Below, in pieces: positions 9,185 through 18,708 of a stretch of DNA of 64,000 nt (its first letter is position 1; the number at the start of each line of letters is the position of its first letter). The stretch lies in the sequence record MT446415.1, one strand, 5' to 3'. Source of the DNA: Escherichia virus TH44. The position numbers and the translations under genes are program-made. A model generated the notes under the pieces. That model saw nothing but the letters and a program-made list of their open reading frames with translations, was not told the origin of the DNA and did no database searches.

Positions 9185-9933
9185 TGAAACCAGAATTTAT
9201 TGACTTTGATGTTGTAAGTATGTATGTTCGCCCAATTAAACCATTAAAACTTGAGAAACAAAATATGACTATTGAAATTAACAAAACTTATCAACTGATT
9301 GAACCTATTATTCAAAACGCAGCTATGGTTTCTGGATATAATATTCTGACTGATGTTTTAGGTGAAGGTGAATTTATTGTTGAAACTTTTGTAAAAAGTA
9401 ACTGGTTTGATAAAGCATATATTTTGCGTGCACGTCGCCTTGATACAAATGAAGTAGAAAAAATTATGGTTTATGAAGCTGAGATTGAACTCTTCAAAGA
9501 AGTTGAAGAAACTCCTATCAAAGTTGACAAAACCTATCAACTTGTTGGATATGGTGATTTTGATAATACTAATGCATTGAATGCTGGTTGGCGTGTACTG
9601 AAAGGTATTTTTGGATTTGCTCCATTTACCGTTAAAACAGTTAAGTACCACAATCACCAAAGCATCTTTGAATTTACTGCAGTCAATGAATCAGGTGACA
9701 ATCTTGAAGCTATCCTTTATCCGCGCGAATCTGTACTGCTGGAAGAAGTTAGCGTACTGGGCGACCCTATTGACTTGCTATGTAAACCAGTTCAAATCAA
9801 ACGCCCGTTTAATAGTTCCATTTGTGGTTGGGTAACAGACCAGTGGATTGAAGATGGTGTTGAACTCCTGAACGTTGTCCATGCTGGTGAATTTACTGTT
9901 GTACCACGTTCCATGGCTGTTGAAATTTTTTAA
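9184..9933 (+). CDS. hypothetical protein, paralogue family with 10014-10568
   Basis: 249 aa; internal repeat (KTYQL twice); C-terminal module GWVTDQWIEDGVELLNVVHAGEFTVVP shared with the next gene. Confidence 0.5.
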   Translation: MKPEFIDFDVVSMYVRPIKPLKLEKQNMTIEINKTYQLIEPIIQNAAMVSGYNILTDVLGEGEFIVETFVKSNWFDKAYILRARRLDTNEVEKIMVYEAEIELFKEVEETPIKVDKTYQLVGYGDFDNTNALNAGWRVLKGIFGFAPFTVKTVKYHNHQSIFEFTAVNESGDNLEAILYPRESVLLEEVSVLGDPIDLLCKPVQIKRPFNSSICGWVTDQWIEDGVELLNVVHAGEFTVVPRSMAVEIF

Positions 9934-9935
9934 TT

Positions 9936-9995
9936 AAATTTGTGTGCAAACTCTTGGGTCCAGAGTATAATGGTCCCGCTGGAGAATAAACTTAT
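9936..9995 (+). promoter_or_regulatory. T4-type early promoter cassette
   Basis: GTGTGCAAACTCTTGGGTCCAGAGTATAATGGTCCC; -35-like, 18 bp, TATAAT. Confidence 0.6.
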
Positions 9996-10013
9996 TAATC
10001 AAGAGAGAAAATT

Positions 10014-10568
10014 ATGAAAGTTGAAGAAGGTGATATTGTACGTGTTTCTAAAGAATCTCGTTCTAAAGCTGCTGGTCGTTTTGTTGAGGTTGTGAGTCTT
10101 CGCACTAATTTAGTAGGCGGAATTAAAGAAGTTAAAGTGCGTATTATTCCTAAACATGGTCAGGCTGAAACTCAATTGGCTTATGTACATCCTAAATTCC
10201 TGGAATCAACTGAATTTACTGGATATATCGCTCCAGTAGTTGAAGAAGTTGAATCCCATGATGGGTATGTGTGCGAAAGCAATGATATTCGTGGTGTAAT
10301 TGCTCAAGACGTTGAAACCATTGACCAGTCTCATGTTGGGGTTGATTTTAAATGGAAATTGGGTAAAGGTGTCTTTTTCGTTTCACCTAAACCGTTTGAA
10401 TACAATTGCAAGTATGGTCCGACTTATGAAACCACTAGTATGTCCGGTTACATCACCGACCAGTGGGTTGAAGAAGGCGTCAAACTGTATAATATCGTAT
10501 TCCTTGGAACCTTTAAGGTTGTTCCTGAGAGCTTTATCGTTGAGTATGCTGATATTCATTTTGCCTAA
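10014..10568 (+). CDS. hypothetical protein, paralogue family with 9184-9933
   Basis: 184 aa; C-terminal SGYITDQWVEEGVKLYNIVFLGTFKVVP. Confidence 0.5.
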   Translation: MKVEEGDIVRVSKESRSKAAGRFVEVVSLRTNLVGGIKEVKVRIIPKHGQAETQLAYVHPKFLESTEFTGYIAPVVEEVESHDGYVCESNDIRGVIAQDVETIDQSHVGVDFKWKLGKGVFFVSPKPFEYNCKYGPTYETTSMSGYITDQWVEEGVKLYNIVFLGTFKVVPESFIVEYADIHFA

Positions 10569-10614
10569 ATTATAAAAATGATAGGGTTTTTGCCCTATCA
10601 ATGAGGAGAATATT

Positions 10615-10845
10615 ATGTTTAATGAAGATTGTGTGACCACTTCCCTGACCGCTGAAGAGTTCTGGGAAACCGCTGAAAGTGATAAAGTGATTGTTAAGAA
10701 AAATATCAATGAATTTCTTTGCACCACTGATATCATTTATGTGTATGCGTATGAAGGTGCGGAATTACCTAGCTATGCGCTGTTCCGCGAAGAATCAGAA
10801 GATGGTACAGATTTTTGGAAGGAGACTTATCATGTTGAAATTTGA
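10615..10845 (+). CDS. hypothetical protein
   Basis: 76 aa, SD GAGGAG; preceded by ATAGGG/CCCTAT hairpin. Confidence 0.4.
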   Translation: MFNEDCVTTSLTAEEFWETAESDKVIVKKNINEFLCTTDIIYVYAYEGAELPSYALFREESEDGTDFWKETYHVEI

Positions 10846-11209
10846 AACTGATAAATGGTATTATTTTAAAGATAATGTTGCTGAAAGCAGATTCCGTTTG
10901 TTATGCTCTGATAATGATAATATAGCTGATGCTATAATCAATGGTGAAGGATTTAGACCAGTCGGAATTGAAGGCGGTGATGTATATCGGATAGAATTTT
11001 CGACCGGTGGAATAGAGAGAATATTCATAAAGGAAGATGAGCGTCGTTTCTTTGAAGAAGAAAAAGATGACGATACTGAAGATGAATGCGAAGACGCTGA
11101 TGAAGGTCAATTTGAACCCGGTGAATTCCCTTTGACCAAAATCACCATTTCTAATAACTCTGAAGCCTGGACCGTTTACCAGATGTTGAAAGCACACTTT
11201 AAGGAATAA
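10832..11209 (+). CDS. hypothetical acidic protein
   Basis: 125 aa from internal ATG with SD GGAG; strongly acidic C-terminal half (EEEKDDDTEDECEDADEGQFE). Confidence 0.45.
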   Translation: MLKFETDKWYYFKDNVAESRFRLLCSDNDNIADAIINGEGFRPVGIEGGDVYRIEFSTGGIERIFIKEDERRFFEEEKDDDTEDECEDADEGQFEPGEFPLTKITISNNSEAWTVYQMLKAHFKE

Positions 11210-11210
11210 C

Positions 11211-11387
11211 ATGCCACTTTATGACTACAAATGTCAATCCAATGACTGCGCAAAAGAATACGAAAAAATCAAGAAAATCTCTGAAAGAGATAATGATGTT
11301 TGTCCTGATTGCCATCGGCTGGCTGTTCGGTTAGTCTCGGCTCCTAAACATGTTAATGGCGGTTTTTACGACCTGCTCACTAAGTGA
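11211..11387 (+). CDS. small zinc-ribbon protein (CxxC...CxxC)
   Basis: 58 aa not in ORF track; MPLYDYKCQSNDC...CPDCHRL pattern typical of FmdB-type zinc ribbons; SD AAGGA. Confidence 0.5.
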   Translation: MPLYDYKCQSNDCAKEYEKIKKISERDNDVCPDCHRLAVRLVSAPKHVNGGFYDLLTK

Positions 11388-11393
11388 GGAATT

Positions 11394-11654
11394 ATGAAAT
11401 ACATTAATCGTTCTATTGCAGCACTGGTACTGGCGGTTTCATTGGCTGGTTGTACTGATGCAGATAATGCCATTCGTGTATTAGATGCAAACGGCTATGA
11501 GCAAATCCAAATCACCGGATATAACTGGTTCTCTTGTGGTAAAGATGATTTCCAACATACTGGTTTTACGGCCGTCGGGCCAACTGGTAAGAAAGTTGAA
11601 GGAACTGTTTGTTCTGGATTATTGTTCAAGAACAGTACCATCCGATTTGAATAA
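11394..11654 (+). CDS. putative lipoprotein
   Basis: 86 aa; signal peptide with lipobox LAGC; SD GAGGA; followed by terminator. Confidence 0.55.
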   Translation: MKYINRSIAALVLAVSLAGCTDADNAIRVLDANGYEQIQITGYNWFSCGKDDFQHTGFTAVGPTGKKVEGTVCSGLLFKNSTIRFE

Positions 11655-11676
11655 GGCCTTCGGGCCTTTTTGCTTT
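11653..11676 (+). terminator. rho-independent terminator
   Basis: AAGGCC-TTCG-GGCCTT plus T-run. Confidence 0.65.
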
Positions 11677-11717
11677 AAAATATGTGACTTATAATACCTC
11701 CATACACAAGAGGAAAG

Positions 11718-13550
11718 ATGATGATTAATAATGAAATTAAAGTACTCTCGGACGTCGAGCATATCAAAAAACGCTCCGGGATGTATATTGGTTCCAGTTC
11801 AAATGAAGCGCATGAGCGATTCTTGTTTGGTGAATATAAGTCCGTAAGCTATGTTCCTGGTATTGTAAAACTGATTGATGAAATTATCGATAACTCTGTT
11901 GATGAAGCAATTCGCACCAGTTTTAAATTTGCCAATAAAATTGATGTTCAAATTAAAGATAATCAGATTTCGGTTTCTGATAATGGCCGTGGTATTCCAC
12001 AGGCAATGGTTACAGACCAAAACGGTGAACAAATCCCCGGCCCTGTTGCAGCATGGACTATTCCAAAAGCTGGTGGCAACTTCGGCGATGATGCTGAACG
12101 TAAAACTGGCGGGATGAATGGTGTCGGGTCTTCTCTGACCAATATTTTCTCTGTATTGTTCACCGGGATTACCGCTGATGGTGCAAATGAAATCACCGTT
12201 AACTGCTCCAACGGTATGGAAAACAAAGGTTGGTCGACCAAGAAATCTAAGGGCAAAGGTACAACTGTTATATTTGTTCCAGATTTTAGTCACTTTGAAG
12301 AAAATAGTCTGTCCCAGATTTATCTGGATATTACATTGGACCGTCTGCAAACTCTTGCGGTTGTTTATCCGGATATTCAGTTCACCTTTAATGGTAAAAA
12401 GGTTGATGGTAATTTCAAAAAGTTTGCCAAGCAATTCGGAACCGAAGTTGTTATCCAGGAAACTGATACAGTATCGATGGCCTTTACGACTAGTCCGGAT
12501 GGTTTCCGTCAGCTGACTTATGTCAACAACATTCACACAAAGAATGGCGGACACCACGTTGAATGTGTTATGGATGATATCTGTGAACACCTTCAGCCGG
12601 CGATTAAGCGCAAATATAAAGGCATCGAGGTGACCAAGGCACGAGTTAAAGAATGCCTCACCATGCTTATGTTCATCCGCGATATGAGCAACATGCGATT
12701 TGATTCCCAGACCAAGGAGCGATTGACTTCTCCGGCCGGTGAAATCCGAAATCACATTAAGATTGATGCTAAGAAAATCGCGCAAGCTATTCTGAAAAAT
12801 GAACCGCTGATTATGCCGATTGTTGAAGCTGCATTAGCCCGTAAATTGGCTGCAGAGAAAGCAGCAGAGACTAAGGCAAATAAGAAAGCTTCGAAGGCCA
12901 AGGTACAAAAGCATATCAAGGCCAACGAATGGGGTAATGATAAGCTGGAAACGACTCTGTTCCTGACCGAAGGGGATTCTGCAACTGGTCCATTTATCAA
13001 GGTTCGTGACCGTGAATTGCAAGGTGCTTATCCGTTACGTGGTAAGTTTAAAAACACATGGGGTCTGAAAGCTGTCGAAGTTATGAAGAACGCTGAAGCC
13101 TTTGATGTGTGTGCGATTACTGGTTTAACGATTGGACAACCGGCCGAGAATATGAATTACCGAAACATTGCTATCATGACAGATGCGGATGTGGATGGTG
13201 TCGGTAGTATCTATCCATCATTATTGGCGTTTTTCAGTAACTGGCCAGAGCTATTCCATGAAGGACGAATTCGCTTTGTGAAAACTCCTGTTATTATTGC
13301 GCAGCTCAAAGATAAACAAGAATGGTTCTATTCTCTTCCTGACTATGAAGAAGCTAAGGATAAACTTCCGAAGCACACCATCCGATATATTAAGGGACTT
13401 GGTTCTCTGGAAGATGCCGAGTACAAACGCGTATTGCTCGAACCAGTATTCGAAGTTGTTCAATTGCCCGACAACTGGAAAGAACTGTTCGAAATGCTAT
13501 TCGGTAAAGATTCCCAGCAGCGTAAAGACTGGATGAATGCGACGCTATAA
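11718..13550 (+). CDS. 39: DNA topoisomerase II large subunit (GyrB-like), fused gp39+gp60 form
   Basis: 610 aa; ATPase motifs SDNGRGIP, GMNGVGSS; TOPRIM LTEGDSA and DADVDG; single uninterrupted ORF. Confidence 0.9.
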   Translation: MMINNEIKVLSDVEHIKKRSGMYIGSSSNEAHERFLFGEYKSVSYVPGIVKLIDEIIDNSVDEAIRTSFKFANKIDVQIKDNQISVSDNGRGIPQAMVTDQNGEQIPGPVAAWTIPKAGGNFGDDAERKTGGMNGVGSSLTNIFSVLFTGITADGANEITVNCSNGMENKGWSTKKSKGKGTTVIFVPDFSHFEENSLSQIYLDITLDRLQTLAVVYPDIQFTFNGKKVDGNFKKFAKQFGTEVVIQETDTVSMAFTTSPDGFRQLTYVNNIHTKNGGHHVECVMDDICEHLQPAIKRKYKGIEVTKARVKECLTMLMFIRDMSNMRFDSQTKERLTSPAGEIRNHIKIDAKKIAQAILKNEPLIMPIVEAALARKLAAEKAAETKANKKASKAKVQKHIKANEWGNDKLETTLFLTEGDSATGPFIKVRDRELQGAYPLRGKFKNTWGLKAVEVMKNAEAFDVCAITGLTIGQPAENMNYRNIAIMTDADVDGVGSIYPSLLAFFSNWPELFHEGRIRFVKTPVIIAQLKDKQEWFYSLPDYEEAKDKLPKHTIRYIKGLGSLEDAEYKRVLLEPVFEVVQLPDNWKELFEMLFGKDSQQRKDWMNATL

Positions 13551-13556
13551 ATAGAT

Positions 13557-13580
13557 ACGGGAGAATATTCTCCCGTCTTA
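13557..13580 (+). terminator. stem-loop after gene 39 (weak terminator)
   Basis: ACGGGAGA-ATAT-TCTCCCGT 8 bp stem, poor U-tract. Confidence 0.35.
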
Positions 13581-13592
13581 TAGGAGAAGTCC

Positions 13593-13745
13593 ATGAAAAA
13601 GTGGTGGGTTACGTTGTCAAATGGCGAATACGGTTATCTGTGGGCCGATACTAAACCCCTGTTTGCATCCTTTGTCACCATTATGTGCGAGACCTGGGAT
13701 GGTGAATACTATACTGCATATGGGCAAGTCTATAAAGTTGAGTAG
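13593..13745 (+). CDS. hypothetical small protein
   Basis: 50 aa, not in track; SD AGGAGAAG; followed by terminator. Confidence 0.35.
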   Translation: MKKWWVTLSNGEYGYLWADTKPLFASFVTIMCETWDGEYYTAYGQVYKVE

Positions 13746-13748
13746 CCA

Positions 13749-13774
13749 AAAGGACCTTCGGGTCCTTTTTTATT
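13749..13774 (+). terminator. rho-independent terminator
   Basis: AGGACC-TTCG-GGTCCT plus TTTTTT. Confidence 0.65.
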
Positions 13775-13821
13775 ATGTACAAGCCATAAAAATTGCGTTA
13801 AGATGTCCTTGAGGTGAAAAT

Positions 13822-14106
13822 ATGATTATGTCTGATGGAAGTTTAGTTAATCTACAGAATGTTGCTCGTTGTATTATGGAAGCAGGCCTGAGGAAGGTGC
13901 AGGAGCTCCCAGATAGTGACAGGAAGCGAAGTTACTTGTTGGCTGTAAGAGCATCAGCCATGAGCATTAAGGCTGGCCAGAAGGTCCCTGAGGAGCGAAT
14001 TGAAGCACTCCTTGCATTGATATACCATGACCAAGAACATAAAGCTACCATGCGTAGTATGAGAAAAATATTACAGGAGATTGGAAATGACGAACTTCAA
14101 AGTTAA
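13822..14106 (+). CDS. hypothetical protein
   Basis: 94 aa, SD GAGG. Confidence 0.4.
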   Translation: MIMSDGSLVNLQNVARCIMEAGLRKVQELPDSDRKRSYLLAVRASAMSIKAGQKVPEERIEALLALIYHDQEHKATMRSMRKILQEIGNDELQS

Positions 14107-14290
14107 TATGGAACTGTTTGATAAGGCTATCCATAAAGAATACCGTGTTATCCAACGATTTTTTGATATAAGAGAAGCTGAAGAGTTTAAAGAACGCTTC
14201 AAAGAAATCCGTATTAAAATAGCTTCAGACACCGCAACAAAGGATGAACTTCTTGAAGTTGCAGAATTAATCAAACGTAACATAAAGTGA
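14087..14290 (+). CDS. hypothetical protein
   Basis: 67 aa from internal ATG; overlaps upstream gene end. Confidence 0.35.
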   Translation: MTNFKVNMELFDKAIHKEYRVIQRFFDIREAEEFKERFKEIRIKIASDTATKDELLEVAELIKRNIK

Positions 14291-14297
14291 GAAAAAC

Positions 14298-16532
14298 ATG
14301 ATTTTAGAAACTGAAAAGGAAACAATCCTTGGTAATGGCGCCAAGGCATCAGCATTCACAATCCAGGCATCTCCGAAGGTGTTTAAGATTCTGACCAGCG
14401 ACCTTTATACAAACAAGGTGCGCGCGGTTGTCCGTGAGCTGATTACCAATATGATTGATGCTCATATGCTCAATGGCTGTCAGGATAAATTCATTGTGCA
14501 AGCTCCTGGTGAACTGGACCCACGTTTTGTATGCCGTGACTTCGGTCCGGGTATGAGTGATTTCCAGATTCGTGGTGATGAAAATACCCCAGGTCTGTAT
14601 AACAGTTTCTTTGCATCATCCAAGGCTGAATCCAACGATTTTATTGGTGGCTTTGGTCTGGGTTCTAAATCTCCGTTTAGTTATACAGAGACGTTTAGCC
14701 TGATTTCATATCATGATGGACAAGTTAATGGTTATGTCGCTTATATGGACGGCGATGGTCCACAGATTAAGCCAACCTTTAGCGAACCAATGAAACCTGG
14801 TGACCGCACAGGGATTGAAGTTGTTGTCCCGGTTGATAGTAATGATTTCGGTAAGTTCCGTTATGAGATTGCATATATCATGCGTCCATTTGCTGGGCTG
14901 GCTGAAGTGCAAGGCGTGAACGAAATTGAATACTTCCCGGAATTTGATGATTATTATGCTCCAGCGCGTATTAATTATAGCAGTCCAGAACGTTATGGAC
15001 TTTATGCAATTTACGGCGGTATTGTTTATCCGATTGGTGACGGTTATACAAAGAAAACCTGGATGACTGCCAAAAATGATGTTGTCTTTATTAAGTTCCC
15101 GATGGGTTCGTTGGATATTGCACCTTCTCGCGAAGCATTATCGCTGGACAAACGTACGGTCGCAAATATCGTTGAACGTATTGAATCGCTTGATAAGAAG
15201 GTCATGGAAGATGATTGTAAGAAATGGCAGGAATCAGAATGTCTCCGCCATACATATCGCGAATTGCAGAGTCTGAATTATGAAGCTCGTAATTTTCTGA
15301 AAGCTCGTAATGCTGAAACGAAATTTACGAAATCACAATTGACCTTTAACCAGATGTACGAAATGTTCGAGCTGGACAAAGACCTTATTAATGCCGGGGT
15401 TGTCTATGATATCTATAGCACTACTCGTCTGAAACGTCTGCGTAACTCAAGCTCGAACACGAATACTGCAAGCCTGACAAGCATGTTTGGTATTCATAAT
15501 GATACCTTGAATATTGTTATTGACGATGCTAAAGGGCGAATTGCGATGATTCGGGGCATCAGTTCAATGCTGTATGACACCAGCGCGAAAGCCAAAAAGC
15601 TCAAAGCATCTGGTAAAGTCCCGACTGTACAAGGTAGTAGTCTATTGTTCGTTGACCCAACCAGCGAAATTCAAACACGGTTGATGGTTCAACTCCAGGA
15701 ACGATTTAAAGGCGATACGGTTAATATCTATCGTACGTCTGAACTGACTGCCCTTGTAAAAGACTGGATTCCGGTTGCGGACCCGAAAGAGCGTGTTAAG
15801 TCAAAGACTCCATCGGTGATTCGTTGGACTAAAACCAATGGTCGCTGGCAGTCTGTTGAAGAATTTACATGTGCAGCTGATGCAGAGGAAATCGATGGTT
15901 ATGCTGTATTCATTAACCGCAGTAGCATTTCCCCTTTGAATCAAGAATATGGCACCACGACCTTCGGTACCCAGACATTGTGTAAACTGGCGAATCTATT
16001 GGAAATCAATGAATTCTGTGTTATTCGTCCACAGCTTCAGAAAAAGGTTACAAAGCTGGCGCAGTGCGATTGTCTGATTGAAGCTGCAGTCAATCGTTAT
16101 GTGGAATTGATTGATGCGGTTGATGCGGACCAGTACATTGCCGCTTCAAGCCGTTCGCGTTATTATATTCCTATCCTGTCTGAATATGCAGAACTGAATT
16201 TTATGTTCAAGTATTTTTATGCGAAAGATGTTCAGAAAGATGTGAATACTGATTATGCCGAACTAATGCAGTTCAATAAGTTCTTTGCTTATAACGCATA
16301 TAACAGTGGAACGGTTGATAAGACCATGCAGGAAACGCTGGTCCTTTGTAATAAGATTTATGACGACCTGACCAAAAACGCTTCGGTAACAAGCGATAAA
16401 ATGGTTTTTGAATTTGAAAAGAATCACCCGATTGTTTCACACTTTTTATATAACCGTAACGCTATGTCAACTGAACAAGTACAGAACGTTGCTCAAATCA
16501 TGAAGGCCGTGGAAGCGGCCAATAAGGAATAA
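14298..16532 (+). CDS. rIIA: rIIA membrane-associated protein
   Basis: 744 aa (T4 rIIA about 725); N-terminal GHKL-type ATPase-like region; immediately followed by rIIB as in T4. Confidence 0.8.
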   Translation: MILETEKETILGNGAKASAFTIQASPKVFKILTSDLYTNKVRAVVRELITNMIDAHMLNGCQDKFIVQAPGELDPRFVCRDFGPGMSDFQIRGDENTPGLYNSFFASSKAESNDFIGGFGLGSKSPFSYTETFSLISYHDGQVNGYVAYMDGDGPQIKPTFSEPMKPGDRTGIEVVVPVDSNDFGKFRYEIAYIMRPFAGLAEVQGVNEIEYFPEFDDYYAPARINYSSPERYGLYAIYGGIVYPIGDGYTKKTWMTAKNDVVFIKFPMGSLDIAPSREALSLDKRTVANIVERIESLDKKVMEDDCKKWQESECLRHTYRELQSLNYEARNFLKARNAETKFTKSQLTFNQMYEMFELDKDLINAGVVYDIYSTTRLKRLRNSSSNTNTASLTSMFGIHNDTLNIVIDDAKGRIAMIRGISSMLYDTSAKAKKLKASGKVPTVQGSSLLFVDPTSEIQTRLMVQLQERFKGDTVNIYRTSELTALVKDWIPVADPKERVKSKTPSVIRWTKTNGRWQSVEEFTCAADAEEIDGYAVFINRSSISPLNQEYGTTTFGTQTLCKLANLLEINEFCVIRPQLQKKVTKLAQCDCLIEAAVNRYVELIDAVDADQYIAASSRSRYYIPILSEYAELNFMFKYFYAKDVQKDVNTDYAELMQFNKFFAYNAYNSGTVDKTMQETLVLCNKIYDDLTKNASVTSDKMVFEFEKNHPIVSHFLYNRNAMSTEQVQNVAQIMKAVEAANKE

Positions 16533-16533
16533 T

Positions 16534-17508
16534 ATGTTTAATATCAAATGTATGTCTAAAGCCGAACAAGAACGAGTTGTCTCTCTTTATGAATCTGGTA
16601 ACTATACGCAAGACGAACTTGCACTCGGTTTCGGTGTATCGGTTGACACCATTCGCCGCGTTTTGAAAAATGATAAAGAATCAAAATTAGCTAAAACCAT
16701 TTCTGCATCATTGAAAGCCGCTGTCGGGGTGGCGATTAATGCTCCAGTGACAGTAACGGTTGAAGTTCCGATTGTTGAAGATACAATCGGCGGTAGCCGT
16801 CCAGAAATCGTATGGAACGCATCAAGCAAATTCGTTTCCATCACTGAAGGTCGTACAGTCTGGAACGCAACAAAAGACCATAAACACTTTGATGATATTA
16901 TTCAGGCATTGATTGAATTCCGTTATGAAGATGCTATCGAGTTTATCTCAATCAAAGCTGCAGTACAAAAATATGTGAAAGGTGATGTGCGTATTGAAGG
17001 TGGTAGTCTGTTCTATCAGGGAATTGAACTGCGTTCTGGCCTGGTTACTCGTATCATTGATTCAATGCAAAATGGCGAAGACTTTGAATTCTATCTGCCG
17101 TTCCTTGAGAATCTCCTTGAGAACCCGAGTGAGAAAGCCGTACAGCGTTTGTTTGACTTCCTGGTTGCGAACGATATCGAAATCACCGAAGACGGTCATT
17201 TCATCGCATGGAAAATGGTTCGTGCAACTTACAAAGATTGCCACTCAAACACATTCGACAACAGCCCTGGTCAATATGTTAAAATGCCGCGCTCTCGTGT
17301 GAATGACAATGACGAACAGACCTGTTCAACCGGGTTGCATGTTTGCTCTAAAGGCTATATCGGAAGTGGTTTTGGTCATGGTGATGGACGCATCGTATCC
17401 TGTAAAGTTCACCCGCGTGATGTTGTAAGTATCCCGGTTGATTATAACGATTCCAAAATGCGGGTCTGTGGTTACCTGGTTCTTGATGATGTAACTGAAC
17501 AATTCTAA
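16534..17508 (+). CDS. rIIB: rIIB protein
   Basis: 324 aa (T4 rIIB 312); translationally coupled to rIIA (stop/start 1 nt apart). Confidence 0.8.
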   Translation: MFNIKCMSKAEQERVVSLYESGNYTQDELALGFGVSVDTIRRVLKNDKESKLAKTISASLKAAVGVAINAPVTVTVEVPIVEDTIGGSRPEIVWNASSKFVSITEGRTVWNATKDHKHFDDIIQALIEFRYEDAIEFISIKAAVQKYVKGDVRIEGGSLFYQGIELRSGLVTRIIDSMQNGEDFEFYLPFLENLLENPSEKAVQRLFDFLVANDIEITEDGHFIAWKMVRATYKDCHSNTFDNSPGQYVKMPRSRVNDNDEQTCSTGLHVCSKGYIGSGFGHGDGRIVSCKVHPRDVVSIPVDYNDSKMRVCGYLVLDDVTEQF

Positions 17509-17515
17509 ATTAATC

Positions 17516-17529
17516 GGGGCTTCGGCCCC
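17516..17529 (+). promoter_or_regulatory. intercistronic GC hairpin with UUCG tetraloop
   Basis: GGGGC-TTCG-GCCCC directly after rIIB stop, no U-tract, followed by SD. Confidence 0.4.
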
Positions 17530-17541
17530 TAATGAGGCTTT

Positions 17542-17739
17542 ATGTTAGGTTTCCAAGCACGTGTAGTTGAAGAACATGACCAGTTGGTTTTGAAAATTAA
17601 TGCTCTTGAAGAATTTATTAAAGGCGGTGTTTTTGAAACTCTCGATGCTCGTCAACAAGGTCTTTTGATTGCACAACTCGATGCGATGGGTGCTTATGCT
17701 CATGTACTGGCAGTCCGTATCTCTTATTTTGGTGAATAA
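17542..17739 (+). CDS. hypothetical protein
   Basis: 65 aa, SD GAGG. Confidence 0.4.
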   Translation: MLGFQARVVEEHDQLVLKINALEEFIKGGVFETLDARQQGLLIAQLDAMGAYAHVLAVRISYFGE

Positions 17740-17742
17740 ATT

Positions 17743-18063
17743 ATGATTAACTATATGAACGTTGGCGATGAATCTATTAACGAAATTCGATTGCATGGTA
17801 ATCATGTTGCGGATATTGTTTATTGTGTTGATTGTCATTATGCTTCTACAAAGTCAACTGGCCGGTTATATGCGAGAGACATCATTCTTGCAACGAAAGA
17901 AGAACTTCGTAGTCTGGACCATTCTACTCTAGCCGAAAGTGTCAGAATTTATTATGGCGTCGTTCATGTAGACAAAGTTTATATTGGCAGTGATTATCAA
18001 GAGCAAGCTGAGCAAAATTCTTTGGATACTGTCGAAAAATCCGATATGTATTTTAAAGGATGA
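17743..18063 (+). CDS. hypothetical protein
   Basis: 106 aa ORF. Confidence 0.4.
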   Translation: MINYMNVGDESINEIRLHGNHVADIVYCVDCHYASTKSTGRLYARDIILATKEELRSLDHSTLAESVRIYYGVVHVDKVYIGSDYQEQAEQNSLDTVEKSDMYFKG

Positions 18064-18067
18064 GCTG

Positions 18068-18661
18068 ATGATTCAGAAGAGTAAAACATGGGAGCATCTG
18101 AAAAAGATGCCCTCCTTCCTTTATACAAAGGAAGACTTAACCCCCGAATCCCTGCAAAAGATTGTAGACACTGCCAGGTATTCATTGCGTAAAGACCCAG
18201 GTCAGGACCGTGAGCAAGTCATGCAAAGATGTATGGTAGCCACAATGGCTGAACAAGCTATTGCTAAATGGACCTCCGGTTTTTTATGTGGCGGTGATGA
18301 AGATTACGATAATCCTTACTCCTTTGCATTTGATGTAGTTTCGAAGGAAGGGGTAAGAATCGAAGTCAAGACTCATCAGTCTGGTTCCAAATGGATATCC
18401 GTACATACTGGCCACCAGGGCGATTATCCACATGGTTACGGGGTTAATCTTGGTCCCTTTATGCAGCACAAGCTTGCTGACCTTATGATTATGTTTAATG
18501 TAAAAGAGACTCTCAAAGGTTATAGATTTAAACCAAAATTCCTTGCTGGGCCTGGTGCTTTCGTTCCTGAGTCTGGTCTTGTGCAGAAGTCACAAGGGGA
18601 TGGTTGGTACCTCCGTTCTTGTTCAGAAGAAAAATTTCCCTATCACCGGTTTACAAGCTGA
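18068..18661 (+). CDS. putative PD-(D/E)xK-type nuclease (possible denB equivalent)
   Basis: 197 aa from internal ATG; FAFDVV...VRIEVKTH fits D...ExK; lies in the rIIB-to-ndd interval where T4 has denB. Confidence 0.4.
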   Translation: MIQKSKTWEHLKKMPSFLYTKEDLTPESLQKIVDTARYSLRKDPGQDREQVMQRCMVATMAEQAIAKWTSGFLCGGDEDYDNPYSFAFDVVSKEGVRIEVKTHQSGSKWISVHTGHQGDYPHGYGVNLGPFMQHKLADLMIMFNVKETLKGYRFKPKFLAGPGAFVPESGLVQKSQGDGWYLRSCSEEKFPYHRFTS

Positions 18662-18673
18662 ACCAACCATGTA

Positions 18674-18707
18674 ATAATGTCCTCACACCAACAAATGAGG
18701 ACATTAT
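18674..18707 (+). promoter_or_regulatory. RBS-sequestering hairpin
   Basis: perfect 12 bp inverted repeat ATAATGTCCTCA / TGAGGACATTAT with 10 nt loop; SD GAGGA lies in the 3-prime arm, ATG at 18709. Confidence 0.55.
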
Positions 18708-18708
18708 C

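Noticed and set aside
13546-13553. TATAAATA late-promoter matches inside or next to coding regions (also 38528-38535 within gene 59 and 56128-56135)
   Set aside because: About a dozen chance matches are expected for an 8-mer in 64 kb of AT-rich DNA on two strands; only the copies correctly placed upstream of late genes (t, 36, 34) were annotated.
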